Notes: a model not told the origin generated them from the letters alone. Counted from the first letter of the stretch, positions 16,454 through 26,321 are shown. The stretch: DNA of 64,000 nt from an uncultured bacterium (GCA_965531145.1 CBESOE010000005.1:4762-68761), one strand, 5' to 3'. Numbers and translations: made by a program.

Positions 16454-19189
16454 TCATTTCGGCGCCGCCTTGACCACCACCGTCCCCTTGTCCCGCAGCT
16501 CCCCGGCTGAAACGGACACCGTGTATTCACCCGCCGGCACGAATTCGGTCTGGCCGAAGTCCCCCGCCTCGATGCGCGGGATCTGGTGCTTCCCGTCGGC
16601 CTGCAGATCCCAGACCACCCGGTTAAGCCCCGGATAGCCCGGACCGCTGAGCGTCCGCACCACCGTGCCGGTGGCATCGGTGATGGAGATGGAGACCGGG
16701 GTACCCAGGCTCTCGCGCAGCCAGTAGTTGATCGCGGTCCCCGGCGCCGGGTTACGGGCGCGGAAGATGGCGTGACCGGAACCATAGCTGCGCCGCAGGT
16801 AAAACCGCGGGGTGCCGGGCTGGATCTCCAGCAGGGCCAGCGGACGGTCCGTCACCCCGGCGGTCAGGCCGGCGAACATCGAGGAGTCGTCAAGCACGTA
16901 GACCCCCCGGCCGTGGGTGCCGATCACCAGGTCCTTCTCCCGGGGGTGCTGAACGATGTCGTGCACCGCCACCGGCGGCAGGCTCTCACCGTTCATCCGC
17001 ACCCAGTTCCCGCCCCGGTCCAGGCTGACAAAGATGCTGAACTCGGTGCCGGCATAGAGCACCTCCGGATTCCAAAGGTCCTCGCGCACCACCCGCACCG
17101 GCTCGTCGCCGGGGAGGTTGGCGGTGATGTCGGTCCAGCTGCGGCCGGCGTCCCCGGTCATCAGCACCAGCGGCTTGAAGACATCGCTGCGGTGACCATC
17201 CACTGACAGGTAGGCGGTTTCTGGGTCGTGCGCCGAGGGGTGGATCCGGGAGATGTAGAGGCCGTCCACTTCGGCCGGGGTGACCTGTTGCCAGTTCTCC
17301 CCGTCATCGACGGTAACGTGCACCAGCCCGTCGTCGGTGCCGGCCCAGAGCATGCCCTGGCGCAGCGGCGACTCGGCCAGCGCGGTCACCGTGCCGTAGG
17401 TTTCGGCCCCGGAACCGAGGGTCTCGGTCTTGCCCGGTTCGTCCCGGGAGAGATCACCGCTGATGGCGAAGACCAGGTCGCCTCTCCCGGTGAGTTTGAA
17501 GACCCGGTTGCCGCCGTGGTAGAGCACCGACGGGTCGTGAGGCGAGACAAAGAAGGGCGCGTCCCAGTTGAAACGCAGTCTTTCATCTCCTTCCTGGACC
17601 GCCGGACGGATCACCTTCACCACGTTGTTGTCCAGCCGGATGCGGGCCAGGTTGCCGCCCTGGGAAGTGGAGTAGACCAGATTCGGGTCGGTGGGATCGA
17701 AATCGACGGTGAAGCCGTCACCGCCGCTGATCATTCTCCAGTCGGAGTTGAGGATCCCGTCAGCACTCTGGTCGAGGGTCAGAAAACCGGTCTCTGACGG
17801 GCCAAGCCAGGAGCCGTTGTCCTGCAGGCCGCCGGCGATGCGGTAAGGATCGGACATGTCCACCGACACCCGGTAAAACTGGGCGGCGGCCACACTGTCA
17901 TGGAGCCGCCAGGTCCGGGCCCGGTCATGGGAGACGTAGATCCCGCCATCATTGCCCACCAGGATCTGCCTGGTGTCCACCGGATTGATCACGATGGCGT
18001 GGAAATCCACGTGCACGTTCTCGCTGCCCGATCGGCGAAAGGTCCTGCCGCCGTCGTCGGAGATGGCCAGGTCCCACCCGGGGAGGTAGACCCGCTGATC
18101 ATCCTCCGGGTCCACGGCCACCCGCGAGAAATAGAAGGGGCGGAAACTGATGTCAGTGGTTCGCACCCAGGTTTCACCCCGGTCGTCGGTGCGAAACAGT
18201 CCGCCGCTGGGTGAGCGGTTATCCCACTGGGAGTGGCCCCGACCGCCGAAATCGCTCTCCACGTTGGCGTAGAGGATGCTGGTGTCGCCGGGAAAGAGGG
18301 TGAGACCGATGCGGCCGGTGGAAGGCGGCAGCCCGGAGGTCAGTTTCTTCCAGGTGCGTCCGGCATCGTCGGAACGGAAGATCCCCCCCTGCTCGCTGTT
18401 GCCCTTGAAGCTCCAGGCGGTGCGCTTGCGGACATAGAGGGCGGCATAGACGGTGTCCGGATTCGACGGGTCGAGAACCACGTCGCAGGCCCCGGTACGC
18501 TGATCCACTGTCAGTACCTGCTCCCAGGTCTCGCCGCCGTCTCCGGTTTTGAACAGTCCCCGCTCAGGGTTCTCACCCCAGAGGTGCCCCAGGGCCGCCA
18601 CGTAGCAGACATCTGGGTTGCGGGGGTCCACGGCAATGCTGGGGATGTCGTGGGTCTCGGTCAGACCCACGTGTTCGAAGCTGGCCCCGGCGTCGGTGGA
18701 GCGGTAGACCCCGCCACCCCAGGAGGAGCTGTTGCGGCCGTTGCCCTCGCCGGTGCCGACCCAGACGATCTTCCCCTTGCCACGATCCTCGCTCGCTTCG
18801 GCTTCTCCGTCGCCGGCGTTATCCTCATCCTCTGCCGCCCAGCCCGGCCAGTCGGCCGGGGCATCGGCCACGGCCAGGGCCCCGATGGAGAGTACCGGAT
18901 AGTCGTCGAAAACCGGCGAGAAGGTGGTGCCCAGGTTGTCGGTGAAAAAAACACCCCCAGTGGCGTAGCCGACATAAAAACTGGTCCGGCTGCCCGGCAC
19001 CAGGGCGATGGCCGACACCCGGCCGCCCATGTTCGCCGGCCCCACATTGCGCCAGGAGATGCGCTGCAGGTCGGCCTCGTTGAGAACCCGAGCGGATTCC
19101 GATGATTCGGCAGCAAAAACCGCGGCCGGCACCAGAACCGCAAGCAGAACGATGAAGACCACCGGTCGAACGAGATAGTGGTGAGACAT
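16454..19189 (-). CDS. secreted BNR/Asp-box repeat (sortilin/VPS10-like) protein
   Basis: ORF 16454..19204, with the start moved to ATG 19189 (GAGGAG 7 nt upstream). Signal peptide MSHHYLVRPVVFIVLLAVLVPAAVFA. At least 9 Asp-boxes are present, including STDAGASFEHV, TGDGGETWEQV, SDDAGRTWKKL, TDDRGETWVRT, SDDGGRTFRRS, TGDAGRSWTDI and SLDRGGNWVRM. C-terminal Ig-like tail: ISITDATGTVVRTLSG...VWDL...GEYTVSV. Confidence 0.88.
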   Translation of the reverse strand: MSHHYLVRPVVFIVLLAVLVPAAVFAAESSESARVLNEADLQRISWRNVGPANMGGRVSAIALVPGSRTSFYVGYATGGVFFTDNLGTTFSPVFDDYPVLSIGALAVADAPADWPGWAAEDEDNAGDGEAEASEDRGKGKIVWVGTGEGNGRNSSSWGGGVYRSTDAGASFEHVGLTETHDIPSIAVDPRNPDVCYVAALGHLWGENPERGLFKTGDGGETWEQVLTVDQRTGACDVVLDPSNPDTVYAALYVRKRTAWSFKGNSEQGGIFRSDDAGRTWKKLTSGLPPSTGRIGLTLFPGDTSILYANVESDFGGRGHSQWDNRSPSGGLFRTDDRGETWVRTTDISFRPFYFSRVAVDPEDDQRVYLPGWDLAISDDGGRTFRRSGSENVHVDFHAIVINPVDTRQILVGNDGGIYVSHDRARTWRLHDSVAAAQFYRVSVDMSDPYRIAGGLQDNGSWLGPSETGFLTLDQSADGILNSDWRMISGGDGFTVDFDPTDPNLVYSTSQGGNLARIRLDNNVVKVIRPAVQEGDERLRFNWDAPFFVSPHDPSVLYHGGNRVFKLTGRGDLVFAISGDLSRDEPGKTETLGSGAETYGTVTALAESPLRQGMLWAGTDDGLVHVTVDDGENWQQVTPAEVDGLYISRIHPSAHDPETAYLSVDGHRSDVFKPLVLMTGDAGRSWTDITANLPGDEPVRVVREDLWNPEVLYAGTEFSIFVSLDRGGNWVRMNGESLPPVAVHDIVQHPREKDLVIGTHGRGVYVLDDSSMFAGLTAGVTDRPLALLEIQPGTPRFYLRRSYGSGHAIFRARNPAPGTAINYWLRESLGTPVSISITDATGTVVRTLSGPGYPGLNRVVWDLQADGKHQIPRIEAGDFGQTEFVPAGEYTVSVSAGELRDKGTVVVKAAPK

Positions 19190-19338
19190 GGGACTTCTCC
19201 TCATACCGCGGGCCGCGGGAAAACCGATTCAGAATTCTGGCTGGAAATATTTTCCATACTTTAGCATATCAACAGGTTAGGTGACAGGCGGCCGGTGGCT
19301 TTTCCCAGGATAAAACGGCTTGCTTTTCCAACATTATT

Positions 19339-19363
19339 ATAATAGACTTAATTGGTCTATTAT
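19339..19363. promoter_or_regulatory. 9-7-9 perfect inverted repeat overlapping a TATAAT hexamer (candidate operator of the SOD operon)
   Basis: ATAATAGAC-ttaattg-GTCTATTAT. The left arm overlaps TATAAT at 19338-19343. The site is 110-135 nt upstream of the SOD start. I found no good -35 at 17-nt spacing. Confidence 0.4.
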
Positions 19364-19472
19364 CGATGCCGACACCGATCGGCCAGCCAATCGTCGAATC
19401 GCCCCTTTGGTGGGGCCGATGAGGGAACACAAAGCGCCACGCGCTTTTGCCATAATCAGGGAGAATCAACAA

Positions 19473-20078
19473 ATGGCACACGAAGTACCGAGCCTTGAGT
19501 ACGCATACGACGCCCTGGAACCGCACATCGATGCGCGGACCATGGAGATCCACCACACCAAACATCACGCGGCCTACGTGGCCAAGCTCAACGCTGCCCT
19601 GGAGTCGGCCGCCGACCTGCAGGACAAGTCGGTGGAAGACCTGCTGCGCGGCATCGACAGCGTGCCGGAGTCGATCCGTCAGGCAGTGATCAACCATGGC
19701 GGCGGCCACGCCAACCACAGCCTTTTCTGGCAGATCATCGGACCGGGCAAGGGGGGCATGCCCAGCGGCCCGGTGGCCGAGGCCATCGACCGTGACCTGG
19801 GTGGCTTCGAGAAGTTCAAAGCCGCCTTTAACGCTGCCGCCGCCAACCAGTTCGGCAGCGGCTGGGCCTGGCTGGTGGCCGACGCCAGCGGCACGCTGCG
19901 GGTCTATGGCACCGCGAACCAGGATTCGCCGCTGATGAAGGGGCACACCCCGCTGATGGGCCTCGACGTCTGGGAGCACGCCTACTACCTCAACTATCAG
20001 AACCGCCGGCCCGACTATATCGACGCCTGGTGGAACGTGGTCAACTGGGACAAGGTCAACGAGGTCTATGGAAAATGA
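19473..20078 (+). CDS. sodA: superoxide dismutase, Mn-type (Fe/Mn family)
   Basis: ORF 19320..20078, with the start moved to ATG 19473 (AGGGAGA RBS). Motifs: [52 protein letters not shown]...TANQDSPLM and [18 protein letters not shown] and NQD resemble E. coli SodA rather than SodB. Confidence 0.93.
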   Translation: MAHEVPSLEYAYDALEPHIDARTMEIHHTKHHAAYVAKLNAALESAADLQDKSVEDLLRGIDSVPESIRQAVINHGGGHANHSLFWQIIGPGKGGMPSGPVAEAIDRDLGGFEKFKAAFNAAAANQFGSGWAWLVADASGTLRVYGTANQDSPLMKGHTPLMGLDVWEHAYYLNYQNRRPDYIDAWWNVVNWDKVNEVYGK

Positions 20079-20518
20079 ACACCATAACGACCGAGCAGCT
20101 GCGTGAACGGATGAAAGACGGCCTGGCCGCGGTCTTTGACGTGCGCGGTGACGTGGAATACGAAATGGGACATATTCCCGGAGCCAAAACCGCTCCGCTG
20201 GGGTCACTGGTCTTCCGCATCGCCCGGGTGATGAACCCCGATACGTTTGTCACCGTCTACTCTTCCGGCGGGGAGTGCACCCTGGCCGCCGAAGCGGTGG
20301 AGCGCCTGGAAAACCTCCGGATGACCAACGTCCACTGCTATGAGGAAGGTCTGGAGGGGTGGCGGGCAGCCGGGCACGAGGTAGTGGAATCGGTGCAGGC
20401 CAAGCTCCAGACCCAGGGGCCGGTGATCGAGTGCCGGCCGGTGGTGGTCGATCGCGAAAACGCCTACGGGGGCGCATTCAAGGGAAAACCGGTGGACGGT
20501 GAAGCCGCAGGCGGCTGA
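20075..20518 (+). CDS. rhodanese-like domain protein (atypical active-site loop)
   Basis: ORF 20030..20518, with the start moved to ATG 20075, which overlaps the SOD stop (ATGA). Rhodanese fold pattern: [24 protein letters not shown]...[21 protein letters not shown]...GLEGWRAAG. The canonical Cys position after the VY strand is Ser. Confidence 0.75.
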   Translation: MNTITTEQLRERMKDGLAAVFDVRGDVEYEMGHIPGAKTAPLGSLVFRIARVMNPDTFVTVYSSGGECTLAAEAVERLENLRMTNVHCYEEGLEGWRAAGHEVVESVQAKLQTQGPVIECRPVVVDRENAYGGAFKGKPVDGEAAGG

Positions 20519-20556
20519 TCCCGTACCGCCTCAGACAGCAAAACAGATTCGATGTG

Positions 20557-20590
20557 CACCCCTGGGGGCTCCCCCAGGGGTGTGCCTTTT
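20557..20590 (+). terminator. rho-independent terminator
   Basis: Stem cacccctggggg / cccccaggggtg, followed by tgccTTTT. Confidence 0.7.
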
Positions 20591-20646
20591 CATACCGAAT
20601 ATCTTCGAAAAAAACCACTTCATCCCTCGATGATCCCATCCCCATA

Positions 20647-20675
20647 TTGACTCGTAAGTGATTCTATAATATAAT
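20647..20675 (+). promoter_or_regulatory. sigma-70 promoter TTGACT-N17-TATAAT
   Basis: -35 TTGACT at 20647-20652, a 17-nt spacer, then -10 TATAAT at 20670-20675. About 130 nt upstream of the cytochrome c3-like gene. Confidence 0.6.
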
Positions 20676-20804
20676 TTTATCTTCGTTGTCCGCTGAAGTG
20701 TCACGCCTGCAGCGCTGGTGGCCAAATCGTTCGCCAGGGTTGCTCGCGAAACAGCGCATCATATACTCTGCAAATTCCAAGTCATTATCGGGGAGGACGA
20801 TCAC

Positions 20805-21182
20805 GTGAAGAAGACTCTCAGCCTGGTGGCGTTTCTCGCCCTGGTCAGTGTGCTGGTGATGGCCGCCGAGATTCCGGCGGACAAAGATGTTTTGACCTTC
20901 GATGCAAAAATGGGGAAGGTGACCTTCAAGCACGCCGAGCATGCGAGCAGGATTGGTGACTGCGTGACCTGTCACCACAAAACCGAGGGTGACGCAGTTC
21001 CGCAGCTCTGTTCCGAGTGCCACATGCCCAAGGAGGTCAAGGACGAGGCCCCCAAACTGAAGGACGCCGTGCACCAGAACTGTCAGGGTTGCCACCAGGA
21101 AAAGGCTGACGCCGGCGAGGCCACCGGCCCGCTGAAGAAGAAGTGCAAGGAGTGCCACATCAAGGAGAAGGCGGCCGAGTAG
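20805..21182 (+). CDS. periplasmic tetraheme cytochrome c (c3/class III-like)
   Basis: ORF 20718..21182, with the start moved to GTG 20805 (GGGGAGGA RBS). Signal peptide (V->M)KKTLSLVAFLALVSVLVMA. Four CxxCH motifs (CVTCH, CSECH, CQGCH, CKECH) in about 100 mature residues. FDAKMGKVTFKHAEH is c3/c7-like. Confidence 0.88.
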   Translation: MKKTLSLVAFLALVSVLVMAAEIPADKDVLTFDAKMGKVTFKHAEHASRIGDCVTCHHKTEGDAVPQLCSECHMPKEVKDEAPKLKDAVHQNCQGCHQEKADAGEATGPLKKKCKECHIKEKAAE

Positions 21183-21253
21183 CCTTTTCGCCAGTGCATC
21201 CCACGCACGTCCTTACGGCCTGACCGGCGGTCCGCACCGCGAGGTTTCACTTG

Positions 21254-24166
21254 ATGGTCGTTCGCTTTGACAGTCCCCGTGAGCACCGGGTCGTCCACGG
21301 CCTGGTGCTGATCCTCTCCGCCCTGCTCTGCCTCTCTTCCCTCTCCCCTCTGCTTCAGGCCCAGGAAAACGACGAATGCCTGATGTGCCACGAAGAGTCG
21401 GATATGACCGGCTTCCGTGGGGACCAGGAGATTTCGGTCTATGTCGATCCCGAGCTGTATGGCGATTCGGTCCACGCGGACATGGACTGCATCGACTGCC
21501 ACATCGACCTCAGCGGCATCGAGATGGAGCACGACGAGGACGTGGAGCCGGTGGACTGCTCCATGTGCCATGACGAGCAGGCCGAAATGCACGCGATCTC
21601 GCTGCACGGCCGGGCGGCGGCCCGGGGTGACGCCATGGCCCCCACCTGTGCCGATTGCCACGGTAACCACCACATTCTTTTCTCGTCCGACATCCACTCC
21701 CCCACCAGCAGGCTGAACATCCCGCTGCTCTGCGGCACCTGCCACAGGGAAGGGGCGCCGGTGGAGCGCGACCGGGATATCCCCCAGGACCGGATCCTGG
21801 CCAACTACTCCATGTCGATCCATGGTGAAGGGCTGTTCCTCAAGGGGCTCACCGTCACCGCCGTCTGCACCTCCTGCCACACGGCCCACGAGATCCTGTC
21901 GCACAACGACCCCCGGTCGAGCATCCACCACAACAACGTGGCCGCCACCTGCACCGTCTGTCATGCACGGATCGAGGAAGTGCACGTCAAGGTGATCGAG
22001 GGCCGGCTGTGGGAAGAGGAACCGCACAAGATCCCGGCCTGTGTGGACTGCCACCAGCCGCACGAGATCAGGCGCTCACCGCTCAACCCCAAGCGTGTGG
22101 CCAACAAGGAATGCCTGCATTGCCACGCGGATTCTGAATTGACCATGGATCGGGACGGGGAGCAGGTGTCGCTGTTCATGGACGAAGAGGTGTTCGACCT
22201 TGCCATGCACGCCCAGGTGGCCTGCGCCCAGTGCCACACCGAAGTCGATTCCTCCTCCGAGCGGCCCTGCAGCACGATCACCAAACCGGTCGACTGCGCC
22301 ATCTGCCACGCCGAGGTGGTGACCTGGTACGAGTCGAGCACCCACGGGAAACTGGCGCTGGAAGGGGACCCGGAAGCCCCCGGGTGCCTCTCGTGCCACG
22401 ACCAGCACGCTACGGAAAGCCACCTGCTGCCCACCTCTCCCACGTACAACCACAATGTTCCCGAGCTGTGCGGCACGTGCCACGCCGAAGGCGGCAACGT
22501 GGCCGAGCGGGTGAAAGCCCTGGCCGCCGAGCACATGGACGAGAGCCAGGCCGTGTGCAACGAATGCCACGACCGGGGTCCGCTGGGCGGATCACCCAAT
22601 GTCGTGATGCCCCAGGTCTCCGACATCGTGGGCAGCTATCTGCGCAGCACCCACGGCAAAGGCCTGCTGGAGAGCGGGCTGGCGGTATCGGCCAGCTGTG
22701 TCGACTGTCACACCACACACCGCATGCTGCCGCCCCACGATCCCGAATCCTCGGTCCACCCGGGCAACCTGGCCGACACCTGCGGCGAGTGCCACTCCGG
22801 AATCGCGTCTCAGATCAAGGAGAGCATCCACTGGCCGGAAAACAACGACAAGGGCCCGGTGCCCACCTGTGAGTATTGCCACACCTCGCACTCCATCTGT
22901 CGCACCACCAAGCGCGGTTTCCGGACGATGATGATGAACCGCTGCGGCCACTGCCACGAGAAGGAGGCCGACACCTTCTTCGACACCTTCCACGGCAAGG
23001 TCTCCCGGCTGGGTGAACAGGCGGCAGCCAAGTGCTACGACTGTCATGGGTCGCACAACATCCTGCCCACCAGCGATCCGGCGTCCATGCTCAGCTTTCA
23101 CAACATCGTCGATACCTGCTCCAATTGCCACGAAGGTGCGCACCGGAAGTTCGCCGGGTATCTGACACACGCCACCCACCACGACCCGGAGAAATACCCC
23201 TTCCTCTTCTGGTCCTTCTGGGGGATGACCATCCTGCTGGTGGGTACGCTATCGCTCTCGCTGCTCCACACCCTGGCCTGGCTCTACCGGCTCTGGCGTT
23301 CACGCAAGGAGTGGCGGGCCGTGCACAAACCGGAGCCGGGCGAGAAGTTCTACCGGCGTTTCACTTCGGGCCAGCGGGTGAACCACGCGGTGATGCTGCT
23401 CAGTTTCTTCATCCTCGCCATCACCGGCATGACGCTCAAGTTCTCCTACACCGACTGGGCCCAGGTAGTCTCCAACCTGCTGGGCGGGTTCGAAACCATG
23501 GGCAGCCTGCACCGCTTCGGCGCCATCGTCATGATCACCATCTTCGTCGCCCACCTGTTCAACGTCGGGCGACGTAAAAAAGAGACGGGGCTGTCCTGGT
23601 GGAAATTTATCTTCGGTCCCGGTTCGATGATGTTCAACGGTACCGATTTGAAGGAGCTCATCGGGTCAGTCAAATGGTTCCTCGGCAGGGGGCCGAGACC
23701 ACAGTACGGCCGGTTCACCTACTGGGAAAAATTCGACTACTTCGCGGTCTTCTGGGGAGTCTTCATCATCGGTGGCACCGGGCTTCTGCTCTGGTTCCCG
23801 GAGTTTTTCACCCGGTTCCTGCCCGGCCGCTCGGTAAATGTGGCCACTGTGATCCACAGCGATGAAGCTCTGCTGGCCACGGCGTTCATCTTTACCATTC
23901 ACTTCTTCAACACCCACTTCCGCCCGGACAAGTTCCCCATGGATCCGGTGATTTTCACCGGCCGCGTGCCGCTGGAAGAGCTGAAGCACGACAAGCCCAG
24001 GGAATACGAGCAGATGGTGGCTGAGGGCAAACTGGAGGAGTTGCTGGTGGATCCCTACCCGGACAACGTGGTGAAGATGATGAAGATCTTCGGCTTCACC
24101 GCCCTGGCCACCGGCTTGACCCTGATCCTTCTGATCATCGCTGCCATGACCATCGGCTACAAATAA
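21254..24166 (+). CDS. 20-heme cytochrome c fused to a membrane di-heme cytochrome b (FdnI/HydC-type) domain, CbcL-like
   Basis: 970 aa from ATG 21254. Signal peptide, then 20 CxxCH motifs counted by eye. Next come TM helices with the b-type pattern RFTSGQRVNHAVMLLSFFILAITG, GSLHRFGAIVMITIFVAHLF, YWEKFDYFAVFWGVFIIGGTG and ATVIHSDEALLATAFIFTIHFF, plus a final TM helix. Confidence 0.88.
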   Translation: MVVRFDSPREHRVVHGLVLILSALLCLSSLSPLLQAQENDECLMCHEESDMTGFRGDQEISVYVDPELYGDSVHADMDCIDCHIDLSGIEMEHDEDVEPVDCSMCHDEQAEMHAISLHGRAAARGDAMAPTCADCHGNHHILFSSDIHSPTSRLNIPLLCGTCHREGAPVERDRDIPQDRILANYSMSIHGEGLFLKGLTVTAVCTSCHTAHEILSHNDPRSSIHHNNVAATCTVCHARIEEVHVKVIEGRLWEEEPHKIPACVDCHQPHEIRRSPLNPKRVANKECLHCHADSELTMDRDGEQVSLFMDEEVFDLAMHAQVACAQCHTEVDSSSERPCSTITKPVDCAICHAEVVTWYESSTHGKLALEGDPEAPGCLSCHDQHATESHLLPTSPTYNHNVPELCGTCHAEGGNVAERVKALAAEHMDESQAVCNECHDRGPLGGSPNVVMPQVSDIVGSYLRSTHGKGLLESGLAVSASCVDCHTTHRMLPPHDPESSVHPGNLADTCGECHSGIASQIKESIHWPENNDKGPVPTCEYCHTSHSICRTTKRGFRTMMMNRCGHCHEKEADTFFDTFHGKVSRLGEQAAAKCYDCHGSHNILPTSDPASMLSFHNIVDTCSNCHEGAHRKFAGYLTHATHHDPEKYPFLFWSFWGMTILLVGTLSLSLLHTLAWLYRLWRSRKEWRAVHKPEPGEKFYRRFTSGQRVNHAVMLLSFFILAITGMTLKFSYTDWAQVVSNLLGGFETMGSLHRFGAIVMITIFVAHLFNVGRRKKETGLSWWKFIFGPGSMMFNGTDLKELIGSVKWFLGRGPRPQYGRFTYWEKFDYFAVFWGVFIIGGTGLLLWFPEFFTRFLPGRSVNVATVIHSDEALLATAFIFTIHFFNTHFRPDKFPMDPVIFTGRVPLEELKHDKPREYEQMVAEGKLEELLVDPYPDNVVKMMKIFGFTALATGLTLILLIIAAMTIGYK

Positions 24167-24317
24167 TTCGAATGAAATGGGGTCAGGCACCTTGTTGTTT
24201 CATTCCAAAGACTTTCTTTCGTAGACCAAATCAACTGGCCCGTGCTGGTTCAGGCTGAATGAATACAGATGGTGCCAGGCACCATTCATATTCACAGGAG
24301 TGCGAGAGAATTTCCTG

Positions 24318-26321
24318 CTATTCGCCGGGAGCCTGGTCCGACTCAGGCGGCGGTGACACACTCTCCAACTGCTTGCGCAGCCGCTGCTCGGTCACCTTTC
24401 GTGCTTCATCCACGTGCTCGGGATGCTCGTGGCGATACATCTCCTCGGGCATCAAACCGGTGAGCCAGCTGGGGTTCATCGGGTAAACCGCCGGGTTGAA
24501 CACCGTGGAATAGAGGTGCCAGACCAGGATGGCCAGCGATGCCAGCCAGGCTTCCCAGAAATGGATCACCAGCGCCACATCGAGAAAGCCCTTGGGCAGG
24601 AAACTGATGAACCAGTTGTCGAACCAGAGCAGCAGGCCGGTGACCACCATCACCGCCGTGCCCCAGACCAGCGCCCAGTATTCAGCCTTCTCCACGTAGC
24701 TGAAGCGATGGAATCGGGGGGATTCTTTCCGACGGCCGATACAGTAGAGAATGCGCTGCCAGAACTGGGTGAAATCCGCGGGCAGGGGCATCATGTCCTT
24801 GACGAACTCCCGGCCCCGGCGGCTGGTGGTGAGGTAAAGAACGTGCCAGATCACCGTCATGCTGAAAATCACCGCGGCGAACCGGTGCACCAGGCCTCGC
24901 AGCTCGAACCCCCCTTCCCAACCGAAGAAGACCTTTGCCAGGAAGCTCTCGTCATAGGTCAGGGCAAAGCCGGAAGCCACCAGCGTGATGAAGCTGATCA
25001 TCAGGAAGGTGTGCTGCCAGACCTCGTTGAGCCGCATGCGCCGCACCTGGGGCCGCCGGTTCATCATCAACTTGATGTGCCGGCCCAGGTCAATCAGCCA
25101 GTGAAGCACCATCAGGCCAATGATCACCACGATGGCGATGATGTAGATCTTCTCCACCAGGTCAGCCAGCGGCGTGCGCAGACCCTCCCCGGTGACCCCG
25201 TGGATCGGCATGGCCGCCATCTTCTCCGAGATCCCCGGGTGGCAGTCGCCGCAGGTGTGCTGCAGATTCTCCGGGTGAACCGTGGAGGCGGGGTTGGAGC
25301 TGGGAAGGATCCGGTGCACCCCGTGGCACGAAGCACAGTTGGCCACGTGGGTGTCGCCAGCCTTGCTCTTCAGGCCGTGGTAACTGTCGATAAAGGTGGC
25401 CAGACGGCCGGAACGCAGACCGTATTTTTCGTTGAGGATGGCCGACTCGTGGCAGGGGGAGCAGGTTTCCTCGGCCAACCGGGCGCTGGAGACGGGAGAC
25501 CGCGGGTCGTCTGGAGAAATGATCCCGTGCTCGCCATGGCAGTTGGTGCAGACCGGGGCGTCCGTCTCGCCGCGCTCCACCAGGTGGCCGTGGATTCCCT
25601 CCATGAAGTCGCTTTCCACCCCCCGGTGGCACTTGCCGCAGGTCTGGGGGATGTTGAAGTGGTTGATCGAGGATTCCTGGTGGCCCGGCGACAGGATCTT
25701 GTGTGCCGTGCCACCGGTGGAGTGGCAGTCGTTGCAGGTGGCGGCCACATAGATACCGCCCTTGGCCGCCATGCCGTGGACGCTGCCCTGGTAGATGGCG
25801 ATGGGATTGTCGATGAGGATCTCGTATTTCTTGGTCAGGTCGATGTTTTCGTGGCACTTGCCGCAGGTGGAGGGCAAATTCACCGGGTGGGTCCTGGCCA
25901 GCTTGACGCTGGAGGGCAGCACGTCGTGGTCTCCGTGGCAGTCCTTGCACTGGGGCATATCCTCGCAGGAACCGATGGCCGCACGGCCATGGGCCTGGTA
26001 CTGCTCGCCGGCATCTTCATGACACATCCGGCAGCCCTCGCACCCCACCACGAATTCGGACGTCTCGTCGTGCGGATCCGTGTCCTTGTCGATGTGGCAG
26101 TCGAGGCACTCGAAGTCCCGGTGGATCGAGTGCGAAAGATCTTCCCCGAACTCCGTGCCGTGACTGCTCTCCTCGTGGCACATCACACAGTCTTCGCTGG
26201 TGAGCGCTACGGCATCATCATCCTGGGCCGGCAAACTGACGGCAAAAAGCAAGGGCAGGACAAGGACGAGAAGCCACAGTGCAAAAATCGTGTTCCAGGA
26301 AGTGCCTCGGCATCGGCTCAT
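24318..26321 (-). CDS. 11-heme cytochrome c fused to a membrane cytochrome b domain, CbcL-like paralog
   Basis: 667 aa, ATG 26321 (GGAGG RBS). Signal peptide, then 11 CxxCH motifs. The b-type TM region has a His pattern parallel to its neighbour's (VWQHTFLMISF, GLVHRFAAVIFSMTVIWHVLY, ALVIHFWEAWLASLAILVWHLY). Convergent with 21254..24166. Confidence 0.88.
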   Translation of the reverse strand: MSRCRGTSWNTIFALWLLVLVLPLLFAVSLPAQDDDAVALTSEDCVMCHEESSHGTEFGEDLSHSIHRDFECLDCHIDKDTDPHDETSEFVVGCEGCRMCHEDAGEQYQAHGRAAIGSCEDMPQCKDCHGDHDVLPSSVKLARTHPVNLPSTCGKCHENIDLTKKYEILIDNPIAIYQGSVHGMAAKGGIYVAATCNDCHSTGGTAHKILSPGHQESSINHFNIPQTCGKCHRGVESDFMEGIHGHLVERGETDAPVCTNCHGEHGIISPDDPRSPVSSARLAEETCSPCHESAILNEKYGLRSGRLATFIDSYHGLKSKAGDTHVANCASCHGVHRILPSSNPASTVHPENLQHTCGDCHPGISEKMAAMPIHGVTGEGLRTPLADLVEKIYIIAIVVIIGLMVLHWLIDLGRHIKLMMNRRPQVRRMRLNEVWQHTFLMISFITLVASGFALTYDESFLAKVFFGWEGGFELRGLVHRFAAVIFSMTVIWHVLYLTTSRRGREFVKDMMPLPADFTQFWQRILYCIGRRKESPRFHRFSYVEKAEYWALVWGTAVMVVTGLLLWFDNWFISFLPKGFLDVALVIHFWEAWLASLAILVWHLYSTVFNPAVYPMNPSWLTGLMPEEMYRHEHPEHVDEARKVTEQRLRKQLESVSPPPESDQAPGE

